Assembly (NCBI GenBank): GCA_951406725.2 | Contig: OX597832.1 | Span: 60,698,001-60,762,000 of the forward strand | Direction of reading: 5' to 3' | DNA length: 64,000 nt | Source: Octopus vulgaris | Taxonomy: Eukaryota | Shown here: positions 40,066-55,076 of the stretch, piece after piece | Layout: each line of letters begins with the position of its first letter | Numbering within the stretch: the first letter of the stretch is position 1 | Program-made: the position numbers and the translations under genes | The notes under the pieces: generated by a model | The model's database searches: none | Seen by the model: only the letters and a program-made list of their open reading frames with translations | Told to the model about the DNA's origin: nothing

Positions 40066-40719
40066 TATATATACACACACACATATATATACACACACAC
40101 ACACATATATACACACACACATATATATATATATACACATATACATACACACATATATACATACATATATATATAACTTTTAAGATGAACTATACAGAAT
40201 AAAGTATATATGCATGTATTTGTTGCTGGCATATGTGCAAGAATGCCTGCTTTTGGTGTGTGTGTGTGTGTAATACATTCTAAAATAAGCAAAACTATCT
40301 GAACAATACTTGTTATCTTGTTTTTTTTTTCATCCCCTCTTTTTGTACAAACCATCACATGGGGTTTTGACGAATTTTCCAGTGGTTACAACACAGCATA
40401 TTTCGTGTGGAGTCGTGGTGGATATGGATTTGCTAACAAATTTATATATGCGTATACGCACACATACACACAGACACACACAGGCGCGCGGAGAGATATA
40501 TGTTGATCGTTGGATGGAGAAGATGGATGCAGGGATAGATGATGGGTTAAGAAATCTGCTTCGTAATCTTGAGATTCAAGGCTCGATCGCATTGCGCGGT
40601 GTGTTGGTTAGACACTTTTTACCAACAGATTCGGATCACCCAAGCTTCGATTGAAACTGGTTAGACAAAAAGTTGCCTTGGAGCCTATCTGTTTCATTTA
40701 ATCTCACAAGACTAAATGA

Positions 40720-42159
40720 ATGTGTATACATACATAAAACATATATACACATACATACATATACACATATACATATACACACATATATGAACATATAATA
40801 TACACATACACACATATAGGTACTCATATATATATGTCCACATATAAATACAGACATATACAAACAAATATATATACACACACATGAATATACATATATA
40901 TATATACATACACACACATAAATATACATATACAAACAAATATATATACACACACATGAATATACATATATATATATACATACACACACACATAAATATA
41001 CATATATATATATACATACACACACATAAATATACATATATATATACACACACATATATACATACATACACATATATACACACACATATATACATACATA
41101 CACATATATACACACACATATATATACACACACACACACATATACATACATATATACACACACATATACATACATATATACACATATATACATACATATA
41201 TACACACATATACATACATATATACACACATATACATACATATATACATATACATACATATACATACATACACACATATATACATACATGTATATTTTTA
41301 TATATATATATATATATATACATACACATACATACATGTATATTTATATATATATATATATACATACACATACATACATGTATATTTTTATATATATATA
41401 TATACATACACACATGTGTATATATATATATATACATACACACATATATATACATACATGTATATATATATACATACATATAAATATATACATACATATA
41501 AATATATATACATACATATAAATATATATACATACATATAAATATATATACATACATACAAATATATATACATACATACAAATATATATACATACATACA
41601 AATATATATACATACATACAAATATATATACATACATACAAATATATATACATACATACAAATATATATACATACATACAAATATATATACATACATACA
41701 AATATATATACATACATGTATATATATATATATATATACATACATATAAATATACATATACAATACATATATACATATACATATATACATATATATAAAT
41801 ATATATACATATACATATATACATATATATAAATATATATACATATATACAAATATACATATATACACAGATACACACATATATATATATACATATACAC
41901 ATACATATATATATATACACATATACACATACATATATATATATATACACATATACACATGTATACACATATACACACATACACATATACATACATACAC
42001 ACCCATATACATACATATATGTACACATATATACACATACATATATATATACACACATATACACATACATATATATATATACACACATATATATACATAT
42101 TTTGCATATATATACACCTGTATATATATACACACATATATGCATATATATACACGTAT

Positions 42160-42190
<31 letters not shown>

Positions 42191-42615
42191 CATACAATAT
42201 ATACACATACATATATATATATATACATACAATATATACACATACATATATATATATATACATACAATATATACACATATATATACATACAATATATACA
42301 CATACAATATATACACATATATATACATACAATATATACACATATATATACATACAATATATACACATATATATACACACATATATATATATATACACAC
42401 ATACATATATATATACACACATACATATATATATACACACATATGTAAGCATACATTCACATAGGTATACATAGACACATATATACACACATATACATAC
42501 ATACAAATATATATATATATTCATACACACATATATTTACATACAAATATACATATACACACATATGTATATAATAACAAGCATATGTATGTATATACAT
42601 ACATGCATATACATA
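40720..42615. repeat. ~1.9-kb compound TA/CA microsatellite array with higher-order units
   Basis: Includes the 20-bp unit AATATATATACATACATA(T/C)A about 12 times (41480-41715) and CAATATATACA-containing units (42195-42365). Confidence 0.95.
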
Positions 42616-42616
42616 G

Positions 42617-43010
42617 CAGTGGCTGTGTGGTAAGTAGCTTGCTTTCCAACCACATGGTTCCGGGTTCAGTTCCTATTATGTGGCAACTTGGGCAAATGTC
42701 TTCTACTATAGCCTCGGGCCGACCAAAGGCATGTGAATGGATATGGTAGATGGAAATTGAAAGAAGCTTGTTGTATGTGTGTGTGTGTCAATATATATAT
42801 ATATATTTTTCTGTCTGTCTATCTCCCCTTCCCAACATAAACAATTGATGTTTATGTGTTTATATCCGCATAACTTAGGGGTTCGGCAAAGGAGTCGATA
42901 GAATATGTACTAGGCTCACAAAAAATAAGTCCTGGGATAGATTTGTGCGATTAAAGGCGGTGCTCCACCATGGCCACAGTCAAATGGTTGAAATAAGTAA
43001 AACAATAAAA
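42617..43010 (+). mobile_element. SINE family A, full length
   Basis: GTGGCTGTGTGGTAAGTAGCTTGC head through GGCGGTGCTCCACCATGGCCACAGTCAAATGG tail. Confidence 0.9.
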
Positions 43011-43084
43011 TAATTTATATTTACATACGCCTATGCACACATACATATACATAGATACCTACAGGATACATATACCATTACCTA

Positions 43085-43701
43085 CAGATACATATAGATA
43101 TATATATAGATACATATAGATATATATATATACATACAGATATATACAGATACATATATACATATACATACAGATATATACAGATACATATATACAGATA
43201 CATATATATATATACATACAGATACATATATACAGATACATATATATATATACATACAGATACATATATATATATATATATATACATACAGATACATATA
43301 TATATATACATACAGATACATATATATATACATAGATGTATATATATCTATATATACAGATATATACAGATACATATATATATATATATACATAGATATA
43401 TACAGATACATATAAATATATACAGATATATATATACACATATATATATACAGATACATATATATACAGATACATATATATACATATAGATATATACAGA
43501 TACATATATATACATATAGATATATACAGATACATATATATACAGATATATACAGATACATATATATACATATAGATATATACAGATACATATAGATATA
43601 TACAGATACATATATATACATATAGATATATACAGATACATATATATACACAGATATATACAGATACATATATATACATATAGATACATATATATATATA
43701 C

Positions 43702-43732
<31 letters not shown>

Positions 43733-43912
43733 CATATAGATATATACAGATACATATATATATATACATATAGATATATACAGATACATATATATACATA
43801 TAGATACATATATATATATACATATATATATATATACAGATATATATATATACATACAGATATATACAGATACATATATACATAGATATATACAGATACA
43901 TACATACACACA
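43085..43912. repeat. ~0.8-kb (TACAGA/TA)n compound array
   Basis: Recurring GATATATACAGATACATATA units. Confidence 0.95.
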
Positions 43913-44536
43913 AGCACTTTCTCTCTCTCTCTCACACACACACACATAAACATAAATTCATGTAAGTTTGTGAGCACGAGTTTGTTAGTATATAATTGCA
44001 TACACACACACACACGATGTATATGTGAGGGAGTAGGTGTGAATTATACAAATCTGATTGTGCTTGTTGGATAAAAGTTGCCATGCATAGAAATACGCGC
44101 GCTTGTTACATTACACACGCGCCCGCGCGTCAGTATATATACACGCACGCACACACAGACGCTCGTCAACATACACACAATATATATATATATGTATATA
44201 ACCGACACTGGTCTGGAATGAATAAGAAAAAAAAAAAAGTAACGTTGACATAAAGGGCGAAAGCAAATAGTATGTGTGCGTGCGTGCGTGTGTGTGTCTT
44301 TCGGACAAAGGAATACAAAAATTGCGCGCACACACATAAGACAAAGTGGAGAAAAAGTAAATTTAAATAAACATCCTGACCATGTTTGTAAAGAAACGAT
44401 GAACACACACACACACACACACAGGGGGACAAAAAAATGCATAGATATTTGCCCGATGTACACACACAACTTCGATGGAGTTTAGAGAATGTTTCGGATT
44501 ATCATACATGTATGCATATGTGTTAAGGTTTTTCTA

Positions 44537-44900
44537 TTACTTGTTTCAGCCATTTGACTGCGGCCATGCTGGAGCACCGCCTTTAATCGAGCAACTCGAC
44601 CCCGGGACTTGTTCTTTTGTAAGCCCAGTACTTATCCTATCGGTCTCTTTTGCCGAACCGCTAAGTTACGGGGACGTAAACACACCATCATCGGTTGTCC
44701 CCCTATGGGGACAAACACACACACACGCATATACATATATACGACGGGCTTCTTTCAGTTTCCGTCCATCAAATCCACTCACAAGGCTTCGGTCGGCTCG
44801 AGGCTATAGTAGAGGACACTTGCCCAAGGTGCCACGCAGTGGGACTGAACCCGGAACCATGTGGTTGGTAAACAAGCTACTTACCACACAGCTACTCCTG
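44537..44900 (-). mobile_element. SINE family A, full length, CpG-intact
   Basis: Near-consensus copy. Confidence 0.92.
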
Positions 44901-44914
44901 GGGGGGGGGGGTTA

Positions 44915-45085
44915 TGTCAAGATATGTCTAAGAACAATTTATCAACATTAAACTGAAGAATTCCTGGATGCATTTTCGTGGAGCACACGTTTATTGAAAC
45001 TTTTTTTTTTTATTTACAAGAAAAAGGTTTGATAGTGACCTCGAAGTTTCTGCTGGCTCGCTCGCCCGCCTTCGTCTGGCTGTCT
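44915..45085 (-). mobile_element. Short repeat carrying a decayed hammerhead motif plus AATAAA, copy 2
   Basis: Minus strand GACAGC-CAGACGA-AGGC...GCA-GAAAC-TTCGAG-GTC-ACTATC...CAATAAAC...TCTTCAGTTTAATGTTGATAAATTGTT, homologous to 14588-14733. Confidence 0.65.
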
Positions 45086-46269
45086 GACAAATGCAGACAA
45101 AACGAAACTTGGAAATCATTCTCAAATATTTCCTTATAAAACACACACACGAATTAAATAGATATAATGCTTATACATATGCATGCATATATCTACATAC
45201 ATATATATATAATATTTTGCATAGAATCACCCCACATACACCCATGTATACTTGCATATTATAATACATACATAGATAGATAGCCATATACATTCATATA
45301 TACACACGAAGGGTATACATAAAATCATAAACACACATACACATTGTATATATATATATATATATACAAACTACACAAACAAAGATAGTGTGTCTATAGC
45401 CAACGGGAGGAGGTATCTTCCTGGGGCTATATATATATATATATATATACACACGCACATACATCCACATGCATACTTATACACACATATATAAATACAT
45501 ATACATACATATAAACATATATTCACACAGAACAAACACTCATACATACACACATATATTATAATACATAAATATGTAAGTATACACAGAATCATACACA
45601 CCTACGTACTTACACACACACACACACAGAAGCCCATCAATTATTTTCATTCTGCTTTTTTCTTTCTTTTTTGGCTTTTTTCCTTTTTTTTTCGACTCAA
45701 AATTGTTCTGGTCACATTGTTCACAAAATACCACAACTAACAACAACAACAAACTCGCACCCGCACCCCTCTTCCCACGACCACCATCACACAAAAAAAA
45801 AACTAGAAAAACAAATTAAAATAATCTAGTTTAATTACACCAGAGGAGGACAAAATAAAACCAAATTTGGTGCAAACAACAAAAACACAAAACAACAAAA
45901 ACACAAAACAACAAAACGAACAACGCACTCAACCCGACTCGTTTTATTATTATTATTATTATTATTATTATACGATGACTTAGGTCTATTTTATTTTATA
46001 TTTGTTATTTTTGTGTTATGTTTAGGATTGTGTGTATTTTTTTTATTTTATTATTTTTTTTTTTGTTCTTTTCCTTTGTAAAGAAATGTCGGTTAGGATT
46101 GGAGTGTTTAAACTATGAATCATTGTCGGAAAAAAAAAAAAAAAAACCTCGAGACATGGACCAAAGATGTATTTAAACATTTTCTCTTACCTGAACTTCT
46201 CTACCTACCTGCCTGCCTGCCTGCCTAACAAACTGTCTTTCTATCTAATCTAGTTTACCTCTCATTCTG

Positions 46270-46306
<37 letters not shown>

Positions 46307-46692
46307 TGCCCCAGCATGGCCACAGCCTTAGGATCAAATGTATAAAAGTATATAAGGTAGATAGATAGATACATACACACACACACACACACGCATACTC
46401 ACATACATACACACATATATACATACACACATATATACATACACACATACACACATACATACACACACACACACACATACATACATACATACATACATAC
46501 ACACACATACATAGAGATGGACGCACACAATAAAGTCTCCCAGTTGCTCTAAACCCCACAATCAAGATTTTCACAAACATTACATTTATTCTGAAGAAAT
46601 GGTAACTTAGTTTCGTTTCTAAGAGAGAAAACAATGAGACTGAAAGACATTCGAAGCCATCGTTTCCAAAAACAGAAAAAAAAAAATTAGAT

Positions 46693-47045
46693 AGGCGCAG
46701 GAGTGGCTGTGTGGTAAGTGCCTTGCTTACCAACCACATGGCTCTGTGTTCAGTCCTACTGCGTGTCTTCTACTATAGCCTCGGGCCGACCAAAGCCTTG
46801 TGAGTGGATATGGTAGACGGAAACTGAAAGAAGCCCGTCATGTGTGTGTGTATATATTTGTGTGTCTGAGTTTCCCCCACCACCACCAACATCGCTTGAC
46901 AACCGATGTTGGTGTGTTCATGTCCCCGTAACTTAGCGGTTCGGCAAGTCACTAGGCTTACAAAGAACAGGTCCTGGAGTCGATTTGCTCGACTAAAGGC
47001 GGTGCTCCAGCATGGCCGCAGTCAAATGACTGAAACAAAAGAGTG
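46693..47045 (+). mobile_element. SINE family A, near full length
   Basis: AGGCGCAGGAGTGGCTGTGTGGTAAG head through CAGTCAAATGACTGAAAC tail. Confidence 0.92.
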
Positions 47046-47063
47046 AAATAGACACTCTAAAAC

Positions 47064-47213
47064 CAGTCACGAGCAAACTCCGGCCCACGGTACCTTTTGA
47101 ATGGCACTCCTGACTAAAAACTACCTTCAATTTATTTGTTAAGTAGTGCGGCCTATCAGATAATAAACCGTGTCTCATGCGGCCTGTTTCTCGATAAAGG
47201 TTGCCCGTGCCAG
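47064..47213. mobile_element. Short hAT-like MITE
   Basis: CAGTCACGAGCAAAC...GGTTGCCCGTGCCAG imperfect TIRs; homologous to 12063-12194. Confidence 0.55.
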
Positions 47214-48990
47214 CCCTAAATGACTGCGCCGACCCGAAGGGTTCAAAGTCAGAACAGCGAAAGGTGAGACTTACGGCCCCATCACATCAAACGTGGTCAT
47301 ACAGTGCTTTAAACCTAAGTAGGACCATATACGTGAGCCCTACTCTCTCTAAATACACGGTTGTTTGATCTGCTAGTAATAACAGTCAAATCTCCCTTAT
47401 ACCACGGCCTATAATGTTAGTAGGGAAAAGAAGGATCGTTTCTTGATAATTTAGACCTAGATGTATGTCTTGACAAAAAAAAAAAGACATGATGGTCACA
47501 AATGGAACGCCTCCGATTATAGAATCTATTAGTTTTGACCTGAAGCTCAACAACTGTGGATATATTGTCTTCTTGGAGAAAGACACCCTTGGAGAGCCGG
47601 TTCCTTAGTTCCAAAGCAGATCACAGAGAAATCTTCACGTCGGGTACGACGCCACTTCATCTCAAGGGATCCCTCGAAAACAAACCCCCAAAAGCTGGGG
47701 GTTTACTCTTGGACAATGTTAAATGACCACCACAGATAAGACGGGACAGGCCAACCAACGATAACAACCCGATGTAGGGGGGGGGGGGCGTACGACCTGC
47801 TAGAAATAGCAGCCATCGTCATTTCCTCGGCGCTTTAAATGAAAGGAGGATATTAGATAATGAAATCTTATTCCTTGTTAAATGCATAGATCTAAGAAGT
47901 GATGGCCACGGCGGGACGCCCTTTTTGAGCACTGAGTTAAACAACAATGATGAATACAGGCGCGCACGTACGTGCAAGTACCATGTACGCACAATATACA
48001 TCCATATATATATATATACAGTAATATATATATATGCACGTACAAAATATACTTATATATTCTCCATGCTCTGTTGCATATGATTGATTCTAGTTTCAGC
48101 TCATGAGCTGTGGCCATGCTGGGGCACCGCCGCATATAAATATGCACAATATACATACATATATACACACACATATGTACATACACACGCACGCGTCAAA
48201 TGCCTGTCTTCGTGTGTGTATATGCAAGTGCGTGCACGTGCATATATGCAAGTGCGTGCACGTACATGTGTGTACGCGTGTGAGAGAGTAAGTGCGTTTG
48301 CGTGTAGCTGTATGTATGTATATATGCATGCATGTATGTATATATGTATGTGTGTATGTGTTGGAGTGAATTAGTTTCCTTGAGTCAACTTACAGACGAA
48401 GTAAAAGCGATGACGACGACGACGGTGGTGGTGGTGGTGATGCTGGCGATGGAGTCGATACGAGTCGGAGAAGGATATCAAGAGTATTATAACACATCAA
48501 AGCTGAAGAACCGGGGGGGTGATGGTGGGAGGAGAGAGGAGGAGGCGGGAGACGAGGGGGGATAGAGAGAGGAGGAGGAAGGGGAGGAGGAGGAACAACA
48601 GCTGAGGAATTAAGAGAAACAGGAAACTGATGTGGTTTGTTTTGGGAAAGAAGGGAAGATGGATGATGGATGCTGCTGGTGGTGGTGATGGTCGTGGTGG
48701 TGGTGGCGGCAGAAAGAAAGAGAGAGCGAGAGAGAGAGAGGTGGGGGGGAACCCGAATGAGAAATATTGTTGCATACGCTTAACAACGCAACTAGTGTGT
48801 GGAGAAGATATTAATAAAAGGACGTTGTCACATAGATTAGAGAAAGAGAGAGAGAGAGAGCGAGAGATAGACAGAGAGAGAGAAATAGAGAGATATATAG
48901 AGAGATAGACAAGTAGAGAGCGATAGACAGAGACACAGACAGATAGATAGAGAGAGAGAGAGAGAGAGAGGGACAGACAAACAGAGAGAC

Positions 48991-49054
<64 letters not shown>

Positions 49055-52000
49055 GGACAGACAGAGAGACAGATAGATAGATGGATAGACAGAGAGAGAA
49101 AGAGATAGAGAGATAGACAGATAGCTATATATAGAGAGAGAGATAGAGAGATATAGACAGAGGGATGGAGAAACATGGGCGTCTAAACACATTACATACA
49201 TACCAGCTAACACACACACACATATATATAAATTTATAGTCAAATCTGCTAAAACCAACGTATTGAGTCCTTTATATCAGTTTTTACACAAATAAAACTA
49301 TTATAGCGATGTGTGTGTGTGTGTATGTGCGTGTTTATGTACAAGAACATAATAGACAAGTGTCATTTTACAGACAAATGAAAACTTATAACACAGGAAC
49401 ACACACACACACGCTTACTCACACTTCCTATCTAGACATGAAACGTCCCACAACTATAGCTTAACAATTAAACATTATATATTCGGAAACTGTAGGAAAC
49501 ATCACGAACACATGCCTTTGTGTGTGTGCGTGTGTGTCTACAGATACAAATGATTGAATAATTTAAAGAGAATACAGTCAGGGCGTAATTAATATTAATA
49601 AACCTTATTATAACAACAAAACCGCGCACTTACAACACACACGCACTTGCTCAGAATTTCCCCCTATTTCTCACGAATCTCTCGTTTCAACAACAGTTAT
49701 TACGCTAGAACGTGAGTCTGCGCGCGCGTGAATGCATGTATGAATGAGTACGCATATATGTGTGTGTGCGTGTATGTATGTATGTGTTTATGAGTGTGTG
49801 TGTGTGTGGATGCAAATAACTCAACATGTATGACTTTTGGGGCACCGCAGATTATGTTCTGTAAGTAGATTTAAACAATGAAAAAAAAAAAGGAAATAGA
49901 TTTATATATCTATCTTTCTATATGATCGCCGGCTGCTACACGCCGCTTCTTGCAGTCTGTTCGGAAACGCATTTGCACATCTTTTTACATCGTCCGGATT
50001 GTGTGTGTGTGTGTGTGTTGCAAAGGAAAACCTCCCAGTTGCTATAGAGGGTAGCCTCGGCTTCCCGTATTCTACAGTTAGTAGTGTATGTTTAATCCGT
50101 TTTTTTCCCCCGTGTGTATGTCTATGTAATGTGTGTTTAGACACTCACTCACACACATTTATATAAACATAGATATATATATGCACACACACACACATAC
50201 ATGCAAACACACAGACGCACACATACATGCAAACACACAGACACACACATACACACATAACGTCGGTTTTCCGAGCTGTTGCGCGATAGCGCCCAGCACC
50301 GGAATAAAATGGTTTTCTCGTCAGTCCAGCCTCCACTTGGTTTTCCCGTTATTCCCTTCCACAGAAAGAATCCCAATTGTGGTGACCCCTACTTGTGGAA
50401 ACTGTCTTTACAGATGTTTATGACCTCACAGAGACAGACAGACACACACACATGTATATACATACATACATTCTTATACACACATGACTAGTTTAGCCAC
50501 ACAATTTACAATTAATTGCCAATATTGAACGGCTGTCGAGACTTCATAAAAGACTAAGATGGTCTGGACGGAGTCAGAAAATAGCTGTAGCGGTGTTCAT
50601 GCCTTGTCCATGGACAATAAATGAAATATTTATCAATGAGGAAAGCAAAATTGAAACAGATTCTCAGCTAATTCGTCAAAAAGTTTTATACAATACTCGC
50701 TTTTATATGCCGGTGTGTATATGTGTGTGTGTGTGTAAGGTACTCTGTTCTATATATCTGGTACTAAAAGGCCCCCGATGTTCAAAATGATAATGATGAT
50801 GGTGGTGGTGGTGAGTTATTTTTATTTTAATGAAATTGAAGAATAATTTTTTAATTAAAGCAATTTCTCTGTTTGTACAGAACCCCCTCCCATCCACACA
50901 CACACGTGTATATATATATATATATATGATGTATAAGAATGATCTATATATCCATATCTATCTATATGATGTAGTCACACACACATAGATAGATAGATAG
51001 ATAGAATATTAAATACACAAATATATTACACATTTTGTCTAGACAACGCGTGCACACACACACACACACACACACGCACAGCATTCAATAGGTAGTAATT
51101 TAAAGCTAAATGCAGGTACCATATATATCATCATACACACACACACACTTATACACATACGACTATATAATTATAACAACCGCCTCACCGAAGACTAGGT
51201 TTTGGGGATTCGCTTAATACTGCATTCCTTACAACAGTTACGTTTTTAATTTTCAAAGCCTTCGACAAAAGCGAAACCTCTCAGAATTTCAAATTCTTCA
51301 TATTTTAAACCCGTCAGACGACAATATATACATATAATTAGACACACATTAATTGGAGATTTCCTATTAAATGAGATATGCACAAAAGTTAATTGTTGCT
51401 CTACCCACCCTAGTCAGCTCTGATCCAAAAGAACTATGGTCAAAGACATTCCAATCTTGACCAACCTGCCTGGTTCCTTAGCCACTGAAAGAGTACATTA
51501 TTCAATGTACCCGTTTCCTTTTCTTTTTCCCCCCTTTCTGCCTCAGACAGAAAGGATGTGGTTCAAGAAAGGGGTTTGGTTGCTTGCTTTTTCTAGCAAA
51601 CTAACCGGCCGCCTAGAAGCTTCCGTTTCGGTTCGCATCGCTAATACCGTTTCTCTCTCTCACACACACATTTATGTTGGGAAGAAATCCAATAGGCACA
51701 TACACATATACACACACACACATACATGTGACCACAGAATATGGAACATTTTCAGAGACACACATAATTATATACACACCGCTGCATATTATATATTGCT
51801 TTATATAAACTCACCATACCACACGCACACACTTACACACCGATGCGCGCTAGTCAACATACACATATTGGTGCGTTTGGAAAACACACACAACATATGT
51901 AAATGCACACACATATATTACATACATACACACACAATGTGTATATGGATACATATAAGTATATACATACACAGTGGTTTGGAATTTAACTGTTCTGTCT

Positions 52001-52352
52001 AGCGTGCAAGGAGTCCTATGATGGATGCCTCTTATGTGTTTAAATGTACACTGTATTTATACACACATACACAGTTATGAATATAGTTATGTACCCATTT
52101 GTAAGTTTATGAATTAAATTTAAACTCAGCCCTCTAGCAAGCTACATATTTGTGTATATATGCGTGTATGTGTATAGATTTGTTGCAGGTATACATCTAT
52201 GTCCGGTACATAAGGGGGTACATAGAAGCTCACAACCGAATGTTATACATTTATATCGGAGAACATAAATCAGGGTGGTTACCCACAGCCTATAAAGGAA
52301 GTAAAGATCATTTTTTATGGCATTCTTAGGAGCGGAAGGGCAGCTCTGGAAT

Positions 52353-52554
52353 TTACTTTTTATTTTTCCAGTCTGGTGAAAGGAAGGAAGGAAGGAAGAA
52401 AAAAGGGTGTTGGTGTCCCCACAATGAAGAGAAAGAGATATAGTCCCAAAGCTTTAAGATATAAGGGTGACTGGGTCTCTGTCCAGTAGAGGAACCAACC
52501 CAAAGACCAAATGGCGAGGGCGATAGTTGTGGTCGTCGTTGATGGGTGTTAAAC
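52353..52554 (-). other. Candidate exon (strong acceptor)
   Basis: Acceptor tttatatttgttctgcctctag|GTTT at 52554. The frame compatible with a phase-2 join from the 56065 donor stays open to TAA at 52353-55. Confidence 0.25.
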
Positions 52555-53267
52555 CTAGAGGCAGAACAAATATAAAGTATGTAACACATCGTGTGTAAAT
52601 GGACGTGTGTGTGTACATGCGTGCGTATAATTTCCAGGGGTGCCAAGTTCCAAAAAAGCTGTCCGATGAGCCATGGGCGAAGCAAAATGTGGTCGGACTA
52701 ACGATTCTGGATGATACACACATATGTGTGTCTGTGTGTGTGAGAGAGAGAGAGAGAGATGATGATGATGATGATGCTGATGATGATGAAGATGATGATG
52801 AAGATGATGATGATGATGAAGATGATGATGATGGTGGTAAAAGAAAGATATGTATAGATTTACAGAAGCATTTCAAATACATGTGTTTCTGCATATATGT
52901 ATGTGTACACACACGTGTGTGTATGTGTGTGTGTGTGTGTTCGCGCGCGTGCATTCACGAGTGTAATAGAATATATATATCCGTGTATGACGAGACAAAG
53001 CTATGTAATGCACACACACACACACACATACATACATACATACACACGAAGACCTAAAAGACCATATGGTTCATTTAAATCTGATTATACAAAAAAAAAA
53101 AGAGAGAATAAGTTCTTTGTCAGGAGACTGGACAGAAAGGGTGAATGTGTGTATATGTGTGTGTGTGTGTTGTATAGAGGAAGGAATGAAACGAAGGAAC
53201 GTGAAAGGAGAAATAGAGAAAAATGAAGGAAGCAGAGAAAGAATTTGAAGCAAGGTACTAGAAAGAA

Positions 53268-53308
<41 letters not shown>

Positions 53309-54054
53309 GATGAAGGGAGGAGAGAGGAGGAAAAGTGAGAGTGAGAGAATGAATGAAAAAGACAGAGAGAGAGAGAAAGAATAAGAAACTTTAGAGAGAG
53401 AGAGAGAGAGAACGAAGGAAATGAAAATGGGGAAATTGAATAAAAAGGAAATTTGGTAAGAAAAAATATGGGAAATATAGATGAGTAAAATAGGGGGGAG
53501 GGTAGAGGAGAGAGAGAAAAGAACGAAATAGATATAAAGAGTGAGGGATAGACAAAACGAAAGAAAAAGAGAGAATAAGCAGAGAGAGAGAGAGAGACTA
53601 TGGAATGAAGAGAGGGGTAAGGAAAGAGGATAGAGATAGAATGAAGAAAACGGATAAGAAAGAGAAAAACTATGTAGACCGAATGAAATGCGAAAGAAAA
53701 TGAAAGAACAGCATAATGAACTAAAGAGAAAGAGAGACAGAAAGGCAGGCAGAGAGAGAGAGAGCTATGGATGAAGAAAGAGATGCGCATGTGGATAGGA
53801 TAGACAGATCGACATATGGATAGTTATAAGGGCATGAGACGAGAGGTATAGACAAACAGATAGATGCAAAGAAAGATGGAGAGACAGATAGCTACATGGA
53901 GAGAGGAATGGATAAAATCAGGGAGACGTATATAGACGGACAGACAGATATATTTGAGTAATAGAAAGACATATGGAGCAGATAAATGGATTGGTTTGTA
54001 TAAGGACAGATGGCTGGATGGACAGATACGTATAAGGAAAAATATAGACGGATG

Positions 54055-54090
<36 letters not shown>

Positions 54091-55076
54091 TGAACACAGA
54101 CTGGTGGACAGAGAGACAGATATAGACAGGATTATGAACTAAATATGTAGACAAATGGAGATAGATATAAGGCAGATAAAGATGCTTGGATAGACAGACA
54201 GGCATAGATATTGATATAGACAGAAGGACGGACAGACAGATGAAGAATTAAAGTGAAAAGATGTGTTAAGTTGAGAATTCCTTCGTTTATAGATTCCGGT
54301 TTAGCTTAATGATGCCTCTTGGAGATATCTTCAGAGTCGAAACGATTTTTTAAAATAGACTCTCTGTTCTTTTGGTTCTACACACACACACACACACATA
54401 TATATATCCGAAAGAAGAAACATTATATATACACCTAAGTATTGTGCGATGTGCGTATAAATGGATGGAACTGAACCCAAGTCTGTAACTGGTATATTTC
54501 TAACAACGCCGCAAAGCATTTTTTTTTCTTTTATGCAGATGCACAATCGTCTGTCTAATAATTATAATAATTCTTTCCGATTTTTCGACACAACACGCCA
54601 CCAATTCTGTGGGAAGGGTTCTCGATCAAAAACGATACTTATTTTATCGACCCTGAAGTAATGATAGACGAAATCGACCTCACCGAATAATAATAATAAT
54701 AATTTTAAGCATGAGATTACAAGGCTGGTACGATACAGAATTTAAATATTCCAGAAGGATTAACGATAAAAAATATTTTTAAAACCCTACTCCGCATGAT
54801 TTGAACTCAGAACGTAAAGCAAAGTTAGATACCACAAAAACTTATCCGTAGCTCTGGAGAATAAGTTTTTGGTTCGTTTTCTTTATTTTTTTTTTTCAAC
54901 ATGGTAAATATAAAGGACTTTTTAAGCCCCCAAATGTTAGAGGGATTTTTTTTTTTTTTGCTCCGTCGCAGTAATTAGATTTTCAGTCGTTGAAATAATT
55001 AATAAACTGATAAATTCCACTGTAGGCCACTTCGAATAACATAATCAGAAAATTTAATAATGGGTGTATGTTTTAT

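Noticed and set aside
41480-41715. Regular 20-bp repeats as a CRISPR-like array
   Set aside because: Head-to-tail units with no unique spacers, low complexity, eukaryotic context and no cas genes.
40636-44013. Long ORFs (596, 380, 370, 287 aa etc.) of Y/I/C/V/M or H/T/Y/I
   Set aside because: Translations of TA/CA microsatellite, open in several frames on both strands, with no protein-like complexity.
52661-52698. Hammerhead mimic CCGATGA-GCC-atg-GGC-GAAG...GTC
   Set aside because: Two core positions are altered and the stem I/III geometry is inconsistent; chance similarity is plausible.
52758-52835. Poly-Asp (plus) / poly-Ser (minus) ORF segment
   Set aside because: A (GAT)n microsatellite flanked in frame by GT/GA dinucleotide repeats.
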